Notes under the pieces: generated by a model | What the model was told of the DNA's origin: nothing | The model's input: the letters and a program-made list of their open reading frames with translations, nothing else | Databases searched by the model: none | Assembly: GCA_964450845.1 (NCBI GenBank) | Contig: CAYVGZ010000018.1 | Coordinates: forward strand, 1 to 21,681 | Direction: 5' to 3' | Source: an uncultured Candidatus Bathyarchaeia archaeon | GTDB lineage: Archaea > Thermoproteota > Bathyarchaeia > Bathyarchaeales > Bathycorpusculaceae | DNA length: 21,681 nt | Shown here: positions 1 through 9,000 of the stretch, one piece after another | Position numbering within the stretch: position 1 is the first letter of the stretch | How the letters are laid out: each line of letters opens with the position of its first letter | Translations under genes and position numbers: made by a program

Positions 1-94
1 TGAGAACAAACTGGCGAGTTATTTCAGCCGAGTAGGTTCCCAAGCCACCGACGATCTTTGGGGGATACTCCCAGACCAGAACAGCAAGCTTCAT
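1..94 (-). CDS. Glycosyltransferase family 4 (GT-B) protein, N-terminal 31 codons only; gene runs off the left edge
   Basis: Manual translation from ATG at 94: MKLAVLVWEYPPKIVGGLGTYSAEITRQFVL. The WEYPP..GGLG motif is typical of the GT4 N-terminus. Not in the ORF track. Confidence 0.8.
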   Translation of the reverse strand, partial: MKLAVLVWEYPPKIVGGLGTYSAEITRQFVL

Positions 95-168
95 TGTTTT
101 TCATCTTGCCTATTTCTTAATAGTCCCTTACTGTTATTGCGCGTGTGCACGTGTTTCTCAAGGTTTTC

Positions 169-456
169 CTACTCTCTTGTAAGGGTTATTTCCACTGTTG
201 AAACCATCCGAGCCCTGTTTTCACCCTCTCTCGGTGGCATCTCCTCTGTTCCGATAGCGATTTTGCTTACTTTTAGGTCTTTTAGGAAGCGACTTCTGGT
301 TATTTCAGCTGCGTCAACAGCTGTGGTAATCGCTCGGCCTCTGGCCTTCAAGGTTATTTCTTTAGCATTGCTCGCGGATAGGCCTGTAATAATCGCTAGA
401 ACATAGTCCATTGGTGGTTTACTTCCAATGAAAACAATTCCCGATTTTTCCGCCAT
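169..456 (-). CDS. albA: DNA/RNA-binding chromatin protein Alba
   Basis: 95 aa with VFIGSKP.MDYVLA, ITLKARGRAITTAVDAAEI and IGTEE..VSTVEITL, the Alba family pattern. GGAGTGA ribosome-binding site upstream. Confidence 0.95.
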   Translation of the reverse strand: MAEKSGIVFIGSKPPMDYVLAIITGLSASNAKEITLKARGRAITTAVDAAEITRSRFLKDLKVSKIAIGTEEMPPREGENRARMVSTVEITLTRE

Positions 457-531
457 TTTCCATCACTCCTTTCACAATTTATTGTAACTTGTAACGTTGC
501 TGCGTTTTTCTCGCCCTTCAACAACAGAACG

Positions 532-717
532 CTGCTACCCCATAATATGCAAACCTCCTTATAAAGCGATCAATCAACAGAGTAGTCTGAGGATATTTTT
601 GCACGATTCCATTTTTCTTCGTCGACTTCCCTAGCGATAAGAAAAGGAAAGCTTTCATGCGCAAATTGTACGTGATGTGCGTACTCGTGAGGAAGTATAA
701 ACTATTGGGGGTAGCAG
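532..717. repeat. 10-bp inverted repeat (CTGCTACCCC 532-541 / GGGGTAGCAG 708-717) in the divergent albA-rpl35ae intergenic region
   Basis: Perfect reverse complements read directly. The copies end 75 and 76 nt upstream of the albA and rpl35ae start codons. Function is not established. Confidence 0.4.
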
Positions 718-793
718 ACAGGAGCTAAGGCAAAGCGAAACAGATTTAAACGCTAGTTGTGTCTTAAAAGGAAGGTTGCACCGGTGAAAACCT

Positions 794-1063
794 TTGTCTC
801 AACCAGTTCATGGAGCAATAGTAAACTATCGAATAGGCATCAGAACGCAAATGTCAAAGGAATGCCTAATCCGATTTACACACGTAAATTCCGTCTCTCT
901 AGCAGGCCAACTTATCGGGCAAAAAGTAGTTTGGAAGGAAGGAAAGAATACGCTTATCGGGAAAATTGTGGGTTTACACGGTAAGAAAGGCGTGGTCAGA
1001 GCAAAATTCCGAAAAGGAGTGCCCGGTCAGGCTTTGGGAACAACTGTTGAATTAGTCGGCTAA
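794..1063 (+). CDS. rpl35ae: 50S ribosomal protein L35Ae (eL33)
   Basis: 89 aa: G.IVNYR.G..TQ, AGQLIGQKVVW, GKIVGLHGKKGVVRAKFRKGVPGQALG. TTG start with GGTGA upstream and a TTTAAA box at 744-749. Confidence 0.92.
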   Translation: MSQPVHGAIVNYRIGIRTQMSKECLIRFTHVNSVSLAGQLIGQKVVWKEGKNTLIGKIVGLHGKKGVVRAKFRKGVPGQALGTTVELVG

Positions 1064-1087
1064 AGCTTTTTGCTGTACCCTAGCCCT

Positions 1088-1969
1088 TTAAACGCTGGCT
1101 ATTCTTGCCAGCAATGCATAAGCCCAGATCGCGGTCACCCCAATAATTCCATACTTTCCCGTAGTTTTCTGTATGTTAATGACATTTTCTGTCGATGGGT
1201 TCTTTAACAAAGCAACATAACGCATTGTAATGGGTATGGAGAGGGGGAAGAGTACGAAAAACAAGAATAAATGTCTGTAAGGTAGTAAACCAAAAGCTGA
1301 ATAGACGAATGGCGAGAAACTTGCCGTCAAAAACATAAATCCAGCGACAATAACACCCTTCTTCCTTCCATACTTAACAACAAAAGTGTGAACCCCAGTT
1401 TTACGGTCTGCTTCATAGTCTCCAATGGCTTGGATAATGTGACCACCACACTGAATTAGCACTAGCGGCACAGCACTTAACATAATTAATGGAATGTTAG
1501 AGATTAGCTTATCACTTAACCCCCCTCCCATTAAGAATGGCAGAAAGCCAGCGCCTACACCTGAGATAACGAAGTCCGCAACTGGTACGCTTTTCAGTCT
1601 GAATGGGGGAGTGGAATAAGCAGTCCACAGTCCTAAGTAAACAATAAACAACGGGAGAACATGAACGTTGGCTATGAGCACCAAAATCAAACATGAGATG
1701 ACTAGTAAGAAAGAGAAGACTAATGTCTTACTCGGTGCTATTCGTCCGGAGGCAACAGGCAGATTTGACTTGACCTCGTTCTCTCGATCCTCGTCACGGT
1801 CAAAGTATTGGTTCAAAACGAAGACGCTGGCCGTAGCAAGTGAGAAGGCAAAGAGGATTATAGCAGTAATCTCAAAGGGAGGCACACCAAAGAGAATACT
1901 CCCAAAACCAAAATTGAAAATCCATCCAAACCAACTCCCAACTCTCGTAGCCTCAAAATATTGAAACAT
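1088..1969 (-). CDS. UbiA-family membrane prenyltransferase (substrate not assignable)
   Basis: Multi-TM 293 aa with both Asp-rich motifs, NQYFDRDED and GDYEADRKTG. Confidence 0.9.
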   Translation of the reverse strand: MFQYFEATRVGSWFGWIFNFGFGSILFGVPPFEITAIILFAFSLATASVFVLNQYFDRDEDRENEVKSNLPVASGRIAPSKTLVFSFLLVISCLILVLIANVHVLPLFIVYLGLWTAYSTPPFRLKSVPVADFVISGVGAGFLPFLMGGGLSDKLISNIPLIMLSAVPLVLIQCGGHIIQAIGDYEADRKTGVHTFVVKYGRKKGVIVAGFMFLTASFSPFVYSAFGLLPYRHLFLFFVLFPLSIPITMRYVALLKNPSTENVINIQKTTGKYGIIGVTAIWAYALLARIASV

Positions 1970-2163
1970 TTTATGCCTTCCAGAACGAAGTTAAAAATTG
2001 CGGAATTTAAGAGTTATGCCCATTTGCTCAGGCATTTCGGTTTTCGCGTGCATTCTAAAAAACATAACTGCGGCAGTCAAACCTAACTACACAGCACGGA
2101 GACTTTCAGCGGCTTCACCAAACTATCGTCTCCTTTAATGTAAAGGCGTCCCGAAAATGTGAG

Positions 2164-2169
2164 AAAAAA
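2164..2169 (-). terminator. Putative U6-tract terminator of Lys-rich micro-gene copy A
   Basis: T6 on the minus strand, 27 nt after the micro-ORF stop. Copy B has T7 at an equivalent 28 nt. Confidence 0.45.
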
Positions 2170-2196
2170 GGAGAGTAACCTATCGCTGTTAGCTTT

Positions 2197-2253
2197 CTAT
2201 TTAGTTTTCTTCTTACTTCCTTTTTTCTTCTTTCCAGTTGGACTTTTAGGCAC
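2197..2253 (-). CDS. Lysine-rich micro-peptide, copy A (MPKSPTGKKKKGSKKKTK, 18 aa)
   Basis: GTG start 6 nt after GAGGT, TAG stop, 9/18 Lys. Paralogous to 20025-20078 in upstream element and in the AAGAAGAAAAAAGG (KKKKG) core. Confidence 0.6.
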   Translation of the reverse strand: MPKSPTGKKKKGSKKKTK

Positions 2254-2258
2254 GTCAA

Positions 2259-2300
2259 GACCTCGAATCTATAATACTCAGTGATTTCTATATATAATCT
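2259..2300 (-). promoter_or_regulatory. Promoter/leader of micro-gene A: TATA box (TTATATA 2297-2291), conserved element and GAGGT RBS
   Basis: Minus strand TATAGAAATCAC-TGAG-TATTATAG-ATTC-GAGGTC (2292-2259) is 29/34 identical to 19985-20018. Confidence 0.6.
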
Positions 2301-2369
2301 CGTATGCACTCATTATCTTAACACATCATCCAAAATCTGTCCCACACATGGTTATTAACAGTATTTGAA

Positions 2370-2400
2370 CCCGTTTGGGTATGGGGACGGGCAGCCCCAT
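2370..2400 (-). other. Candidate H-type RNA pseudoknot in the intergenic region downstream of htrA
   Basis: Minus strand AUGGGG-CUG-CCCGU-CCCCAU-ACCCAA-ACGGG gives a 6-bp stem 1 and a 5-bp stem 2, both perfect. Strand and function are uncertain. Confidence 0.3.
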
Positions 2401-2465
2401 TATTGGAATTAACCTCTTCTGGTCCGAATTCTATGGTAGCTACATCAAACAGAGAAGAACGAAAA

Positions 2466-3608
2466 TTACATAGGCGGCTTGGGTCTTGTTCCTAAAGTCA
2501 CTGGTATATGTTCTTGTAGTTCTCCTCTTACAACGGTTACGATTAGAGTTTCTCCTGGCTGCGTGTTTTCTTCAAGATAGGTTGCTAAATTATCTCCGTT
2601 CCTGATGCGGCTTCCGTTGAGAGCTATTATTATATCACCTTTTAGAATTCCTGCGTCTTGCGCAGGGCTTGGATCTGCGTAGTCAACTATTCTCCAACCG
2701 TAAGTTACATTCACTCCTAGTTGTTGGGCTGTTTCATAGTTCATGTCTGTTCCAGTTACGCCTAGGTAGGAGTGCCCTTCATAAGTGCCTGTTGAGACTA
2801 GAGATTCTATTTCTCTAAGTATTGTGTTTGATGGAATGGCGAATCCTAATCCTTGCGAATCCTGAACTATGGCTGTTGTTATTCCAACAACTTTGCCGAC
2901 ATAGTTTAGTAATGGGCCTCCTGAGTTTCCAGGGTTTATTGGGGCACTCGTCTGTATAATATCCGCGATAGCAAAGCCTCCAGTGTACTCCTCAGTAATT
3001 GTTCTACCAAGGGCGCTTACTACACCAGTCGTTAGCGAGCTAACTAAACCGTATGGGTTTCCTATAGCTATCACAGGGTCACCTACTCTTAATGTTGAGG
3101 AGCTAACAATCTCGAGGGGAATGAACTCATTTTCTGGCGCATCAACCGCTAGGACAGCTAAATCTGCATATGGGTCAGTCCCATTCACTATAGCCGAGTA
3201 GCCATTTCCATTTGAAAATGTTACGCTTATGCTTGTTGTTCCATGTACAACATGATAATTCGTTATCACAAGCATTATTCCAGTGAAATTGTAAACGAAT
3301 CCGGAGCCTTGAACAGTTCCTGTATTTGTTGTTCCATAAACCAGAACGGCTGAATCTTTCACTCTTTCATATAGTTCCGTCAAGCCTGTAGTGTTTTGGT
3401 AGATTATTATATTTTGGTAAGTGACATTTTGGAAGCCCCATAATTTAGACATACGAGCCGTGAGATTTGAAACGTCCTCTCTTAAACTGCTGATTTGTTG
3501 GTAGGCTATGTAATAGGTTATTATTGTTCCAGCAAGTAATCCTATTAGTAATATTACTGATAGAAATGTTGAAGAGGTTCTCTCGTAATGTTCTTTAAAC
3601 TCACCCAA
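2466..3608 (-). CDS. Membrane-anchored HtrA/DegP-like trypsin serine protease with PDZ domain
   Basis: N-terminal TM; catalytic triad motifs TNYHVV, DLAVL and INPGNSGGPL; C-terminal PDZ (SYLGV, SPAQDAGILKGDII). Confidence 0.95.
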   Translation of the reverse strand: MGEFKEHYERTSSTFLSVILLIGLLAGTIITYYIAYQQISSLREDVSNLTARMSKLWGFQNVTYQNIIIYQNTTGLTELYERVKDSAVLVYGTTNTGTVQGSGFVYNFTGIMLVITNYHVVHGTTSISVTFSNGNGYSAIVNGTDPYADLAVLAVDAPENEFIPLEIVSSSTLRVGDPVIAIGNPYGLVSSLTTGVVSALGRTITEEYTGGFAIADIIQTSAPINPGNSGGPLLNYVGKVVGITTAIVQDSQGLGFAIPSNTILREIESLVSTGTYEGHSYLGVTGTDMNYETAQQLGVNVTYGWRIVDYADPSPAQDAGILKGDIIIALNGSRIRNGDNLATYLEENTQPGETLIVTVVRGELQEHIPVTLGTRPKPPM

Positions 3609-3687
3609 TTTTTTTCACCTTTTCAGTTTTAGAAATAAAATTGTATTCTTAAAGATAAAAATTCCGCAAAAGGTTGCTATTTTTGGG

Positions 3688-4866
3688 TTATTCTTCAAAA
3701 AGCTGTGTAGTTGCCAGTAATGCTATGAAGAGTGTTAGCGCAATTCCTATGATGAATGGATAAAAAGGAGAAATGCTGTACAGTACGCCGCCCACATACG
3801 GCGCTATGAAGGAGCTGAACACCATAATCGCTTGCGGTATAGAGACCCAACGAGCCCTAATAGATTCTGGCGCAATTGGGCCAATAATAGCACCCATTAG
3901 CGACCATGTTATGTAGGAGCCGCCAGCTATGAAAAACGCAATTACAAGAATGGAAAAATTGTTGAACAGCAGAAGAAAAATTAGAGATATGCTGCAGAGC
4001 AAAAGGGAAACAGCCAATGCGTATGATTTTTTCCACTTGTCTCCCAGCCTGCCTAAGAGAATCCCTAAAACAGCAGATCCAAAGAATAAAACCGAACCTA
4101 AGACACCGATTTCAAACTTGCTATAACCATACTTGTCTGCGAGAAACTGGGGAATGAACGGTCGAAACAGCATTAAAACGAACCAAATGGAAGCAAAGAA
4201 AATTGACAACGTGAGCAGTTTTCTTGTTTTTAAGAGTTTGAAAAATGAATTGTGCTCGTGTGAAGGGCTTTGCTTATAGCCCATCAATTGTTGTTTGCTG
4301 ATGAACATGAGGATGAAGCATGCTGAAGCATAGAGAATCGAACCTAAATAAAAGATGACTCGTGAACCAACTGTTTCTGCTATGTAGCCTCCTAATGCTG
4401 GAGAAAAAATGTAGCCGAAAGACCATCCGGAAGAAATGGCTGCAAAAGTCAAAGTCAACTTGCTTTTGTCCGCAGCGCCTACAATATAGGCCGTGGTTGT
4501 CGGTCCGCCAAGCCAAACTCCCCACAGAATCATTCCTGGCACCATTTGAAGCCAGTTGTTGGCGAGAGAGAAAATCAAAGGAGCTGGAATCCAAGCAATC
4601 CAGCCTGCAATCATGATTTTTTTGCGGTCATATCTATCTGCAAGCGTTCCAGCCAAAAGCAGTGTCAACGCTGTCGATAGACTCATGATGGCATAGAGTA
4701 TTCCAACTTCCACCGAATTGGCTTTTAAAGTCTCAGTAATGTAAACGGGTAACAGGTAAGCGTAGAGACCATCCCCAAAAGAGCCGACCAAATTGCATGT
4801 CAAAATAAGTTTTAAGTCTCTGTTCAAAACTCCGAAAGGAAAGCCTAGCTTAAAGATTCTCGCCAC
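3688..4866 (-). CDS. Major facilitator superfamily transporter
   Basis: About 12 hydrophobic segments, with MFS motif A in both halves (GTLADRYDRKK; GRLGDKWKK). Confidence 0.9.
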   Translation of the reverse strand: MARIFKLGFPFGVLNRDLKLILTCNLVGSFGDGLYAYLLPVYITETLKANSVEVGILYAIMSLSTALTLLLAGTLADRYDRKKIMIAGWIAWIPAPLIFSLANNWLQMVPGMILWGVWLGGPTTTAYIVGAADKSKLTLTFAAISSGWSFGYIFSPALGGYIAETVGSRVIFYLGSILYASACFILMFISKQQLMGYKQSPSHEHNSFFKLLKTRKLLTLSIFFASIWFVLMLFRPFIPQFLADKYGYSKFEIGVLGSVLFFGSAVLGILLGRLGDKWKKSYALAVSLLLCSISLIFLLLFNNFSILVIAFFIAGGSYITWSLMGAIIGPIAPESIRARWVSIPQAIMVFSSFIAPYVGGVLYSISPFYPFIIGIALTLFIALLATTQLFEE

Positions 4867-4946
4867 ATTTGACGCCTTGTTTTTTCGCTATTTCTCAGCC
4901 TATGGATAAATACTTTAGTTTTAAAATTGCTGAATTTATTAATGTG

Positions 4947-5951
4947 TTAGGATTGTTTTCTTCTGTCGATTATGTCTAGGGCTTCTGGTCCAGTGCCAAT
5001 TAGCACAACGGGGATTCCTGTTTGTTCTTCAACTTTGTTTATGAATTGCTTTGCTTCCATAAGAAGTTCATCATATGTTCTTGCACCTTTGCATTCTGCG
5101 AATAGAATGTCAAGTTTTGTGAGGGCGGCTTGCGTTGCACCGTTAATCATCATAGCCTTCTTCGCTAGTTCAAAGTTGAAGGGGGCAGAACGTCTATCAC
5201 GACCTGTTCCAGCAGCAGTTTCAAACCAACCGCGCTTCAAAGCTTCTTCTTTTGTCAATTCTCCAGGCAATGGGCCTGTGCCAACGCGTGTCATGAAAGC
5301 TTTAAACACTACTAGCACATCGTTAATTTTTGTTGGGCCTACGCCTGCCTCGGAGCATATCGCTGAGGCGCTTGTGTCTCTGCTGGTGACATATGGATAT
5401 GTTCCATGGAAAAGCGAAAGCATCAAGCCTTGAGTTCCTTCTAACAAGACTTTTTTGCCAGCGTCTATTGCATTGTTGACTTCTGTTGCAACATCTGTTA
5501 AGTATGGCTGCAGTTCTGGAATGTCTTTTGCGAGTTTTGCTGTTCTGCGGACGCGTTCTTCTATTGCTGGTCCTATGCCCCATCCCGTTGTGCCTAAACC
5601 CTTTAGATGTGTACTTGTTTTGTCTTGAATTGAATGTTTCTCTTCGATGATGGATGCTTGCTGGTCTATGCCTATGCGGTTTTTCACGTTTGTTGCTTCA
5701 ACTTCCTCGAGGAACTTTGAAACATGAACGTTTGCGCCTGCACCAATTAGTAAACGACATTTCTCATATACAAAGGCTGCTGGAACCATGTGTAAAGCGT
5801 AGCGGTTGCCTTCAAGCCAAACAGTGTGGGCAGCGTTAACGGAGCCTGTTCTCACACAGACGTCCAACTTATCCTTTAAGGCTAAGTAAGAGACTATTTT
5901 TCCTTTGCCTTCGTCTCCCCAAAAGGCTCCTGCTATAACTGTGCAAGGCAT
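4947..5951 (-). CDS. purA: Adenylosuccinate synthetase (short archaeal type)
   Basis: GAFWGDEGKGK, NAAHTV, EGTQG, GTYPYVTSRD, TRVGTGP and TKLD motifs. Confidence 0.97.
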   Translation of the reverse strand: MPCTVIAGAFWGDEGKGKIVSYLALKDKLDVCVRTGSVNAAHTVWLEGNRYALHMVPAAFVYEKCRLLIGAGANVHVSKFLEEVEATNVKNRIGIDQQASIIEEKHSIQDKTSTHLKGLGTTGWGIGPAIEERVRRTAKLAKDIPELQPYLTDVATEVNNAIDAGKKVLLEGTQGLMLSLFHGTYPYVTSRDTSASAICSEAGVGPTKINDVLVVFKAFMTRVGTGPLPGELTKEEALKRGWFETAAGTGRDRRSAPFNFELAKKAMMINGATQAALTKLDILFAECKGARTYDELLMEAKQFINKVEEQTGIPVVLIGTGPEALDIIDRRKQS

Positions 5952-6099
5952 TTTATCACCATTGATAAAATTTTCTGAAGCCTATTTAAGACTATTTGAC
6001 ATGTTTATGTAAAGCATTCCTTATTTTTCTAATTATCTTTCAGTGTTAATAGAAGATTTTCCATAAAACTTTAATGAAAGGGATGCGTATTGACTGTTC

Positions 6100-9000
6100 G
6101 TGAAGCTTTTGAAAAGAAAACTCTTCGCAAATAGAAGAGGAAAAATCAGAAAAACCTTCTTTTGGATAATGTTTCCAACCATTATTATCAATATGCTTGG
6201 TCTGTTTCTCAGTGTTCAGACTGTGGCTTTAGGTGCTAGTTCAAAAAACACTGCTGACGGAGACGCCTACCTAAAAGCATCCCTTGGCAAAGAGGACAAC
6301 GCTATTGTGAAGGTGGTTGAACACAAAATCACAGAGAGCGAATTGGAGGAGTTAAAACTTGAAATGGGTGTTTACCAAAATAATGTCACTTACAATAAGA
6401 TATTTGATGGACACGGGACTGGACTACATCCTCCAACAGAGAGCAAATGGATAAGCATTGCTGAAGAAACACTTATCGTAGATAAAATTTTGTGGGTAAA
6501 CGCATCTATAAGCGCGCCCTCCTCCGTAGATCACACAAATTCATCGTGGTTCCCACCAATCGGAAACCAAGATGGAGAAGGTTCATGCACCACTTGGGCT
6601 GTGGTGTATTACATGAAGACTTTTCAGGAGGCAAAAGAACACGGATGGAATCTGTCTGGAGCAACTTGGGAAGGTGGATACAGTGGGCATCCAAGCTTGG
6701 CGTATCAGGACAAGATTTTCAGTCCAGACTTTGTTTATCATCAAATCAATGATGGGGTTGATGAGGGGTCATGGTTTGATGATGCAATGGACTTGGTGTG
6801 TTCAATTGGTGCCTGTACTTGGGAGAAAATGCCTTACGATCCCAATGATTCAGTCACGTGGCCTTCTGAAGAGGCTTGGCGAGAAGCCCCGTTATATCGT
6901 GGCAATAGTACAGGATTCGAATCTATGTATCTAAATACGGTTTATGGTGTTGAAAATCTCAGGAACTGGATAGCCTCAGGCAATTTGGCGGTAATTGCTA
7001 TAGATGCTAACAGTTACGCAAGTCTAACAAGTGATGATTTGTGGACGTTGGATAATTATGAAGAAATGGAGTTGAATCATGCGAATACGATAGTTGGATA
7101 TGACGATAATTTCGCGTATATAGAAGAGGGTGTACCCCGTCTTGGAGCTTTCAAGATAGCGAATTCTTGGGGTGTGGGAGGATGGGAAAATGTTGCTGAT
7201 GGTTGTTACTGGATGTCTTATGAAGCTATGAAGCAAATTGTTAGTTATGCCTACTTTTATCGTGACAGAATAGCCTATGAACCGAAAGTGTTTGCCTCAT
7301 TCAAAATAGACCATGCTGAAAGAGACAATTGCGACATAACATTGGGAATAGGAGACAAAAGTGCCCCCATTCTGACAAAAGAGTTGGAAATTTGGGATTA
7401 TCTAGGCGGTTCCTTGCCCTTTTGTTCTAATAACATAGTTGTTGACATAACGGAATTTGAAGGTGGCGTGCCAACTGTTATTGGTCAGCAGTTCTTCATA
7501 AGGATATATGAACCGGGATACCTCTCCACGCTGGGAACAATTCTTGATTTTTCAATCGAATATTATGAGAATTACAGTTCTCAGGCTCCACTTGTTGTGG
7601 CGATATCTGATGATCCTCCAGTTGACACTGTAACCAACGATTATGTCTATGCAGAAGTTACATTACTTTCCAGCGTGAGTATCGAATATCCTTCTAGTGG
7701 ACAATATGTTGACGGTACAGTAGCTATTACGGGAAGTGCGTACCAATATCGGAGGCAAGAGGTTTACGCCGAAGACTTCAATCATGGAGGAAATATGCCA
7801 AGCGGCTGGATGGTGTATAGCGCTGGTCCCGATGTGCATCCGTGGACTATAGAACTTAGGGCTGATTGTAAAAAGGATTACTGGGCAGAGTGCAATAGTA
7901 ACGTGCTCCCCACTACCACAAACATAACAGAATGGTTGTATATGACAGATAGTTTCAATGCGACAGGCTACTCGTCGCTTGATCTTGAATTCTATTCATA
8001 CTACAGATCCTTCACTGGTCCTGAATATGCACAAGTTCTGTACGCAACAAGCCAAAGCTATCCCAACTTCACTGTATTGGAAACTTGGGACTCAACTGGG
8101 AAAAGGCACCACCACATCAGCCTTACCGCTGCTGCTGGAGATCCAGAAGTTCATTTAGCTTTCATATACCATGGAATATGGGATTACTATGTAGAGGTTG
8201 ACAACATAGTTGTGTATGGTCTGAAAACATTAGACGAAGTAGCAGTAAAAATAGACGACGAAGATTGGAACATTGCCACTGGAACCACCTCTTGGACTCA
8301 CAACTGGGATACCAATGCTTGCCCCAACGGAAACCACACAATCACCGCAAGGGCGCATTACGGAGTAGCCCATACTGAAGCATCAATAGATGTCTTTGTT
8401 TGCAATAACCTAATCTATATTGACGAGTTTTTCGTCTCAGACAATCGCTGCAACGTGGGTTCCATGCAAACGGTGGGATGCCATGCAGTGTACGCAAAAA
8501 ACGGTTCAAACGTAACGGAAGGAACAATATGGGTGAACGGCACAGGGCATTCAATCAACAATACAGGATGGTGCGCATTTGACGTAACATCCAGTAATGT
8601 TGGGAAAAATACGTGGACAGTTACTGGCGTCTCATGTGATGGAACGCAATACTACGAGGTTACCGCTTCCAGTCCCTACATAATATTTGACAAAGTAAAC
8701 ATAATTTTAACAGTTAACGATACGCGAATAGATGTTGGCTCAGAAGCTTCTATCAACTGGACTGGAATTCACGCATATGATGGAACAACCTTTATGGGCT
8801 CAATCGCATTAAATGATACCTTAACGAAAAATCAAGTTGGCATATACAAATTTACATGCGCTTCAATTTCAGATTCGCAGTATGGCATAACAGCGTTCGA
8901 TTCTAACGAAGTTTATTGCATCTGGGATAGAATCAAAATTTCAAATGGCGGAGTCACCCATTCATCAACAAACATAACTCAAGAAGAAACAGTATGGTTT

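Noticed and set aside
541-558. GGAGGT followed by ATG GGG TAG (Met-Gly-stop) upstream of albA on the minus strand (stop at 535-537)
   Set aside because: The TTTATAA box at 565-559 would start transcription near 535, leaving this RBS and ATG outside the transcript. A two-codon ORF is also easily chance.
2115-2309. 64-aa track ORF MHTRLYIEIT...
   Set aside because: No RBS; it runs through a TATA box and a T tract. The segment homologous to the 20 kb locus is Lys-rich in a different frame. Kept only as the alternative model.
2364-2373. GGGTTCAAAT match to the tRNA-Ser T-loop, a possible att remnant
   Set aside because: Only 10 nt, with no acceptor-stem match and no integrase or island boundary in the window.
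4972-5839. Antisense and alternate-frame ORFs over purA, and similar shadows over albA, ubiA, htrA, MFS, C1A, M20, rpl14e, cbf5, nreA and APC
   Set aside because: They overlap well-supported genes and show no recognisable motifs.
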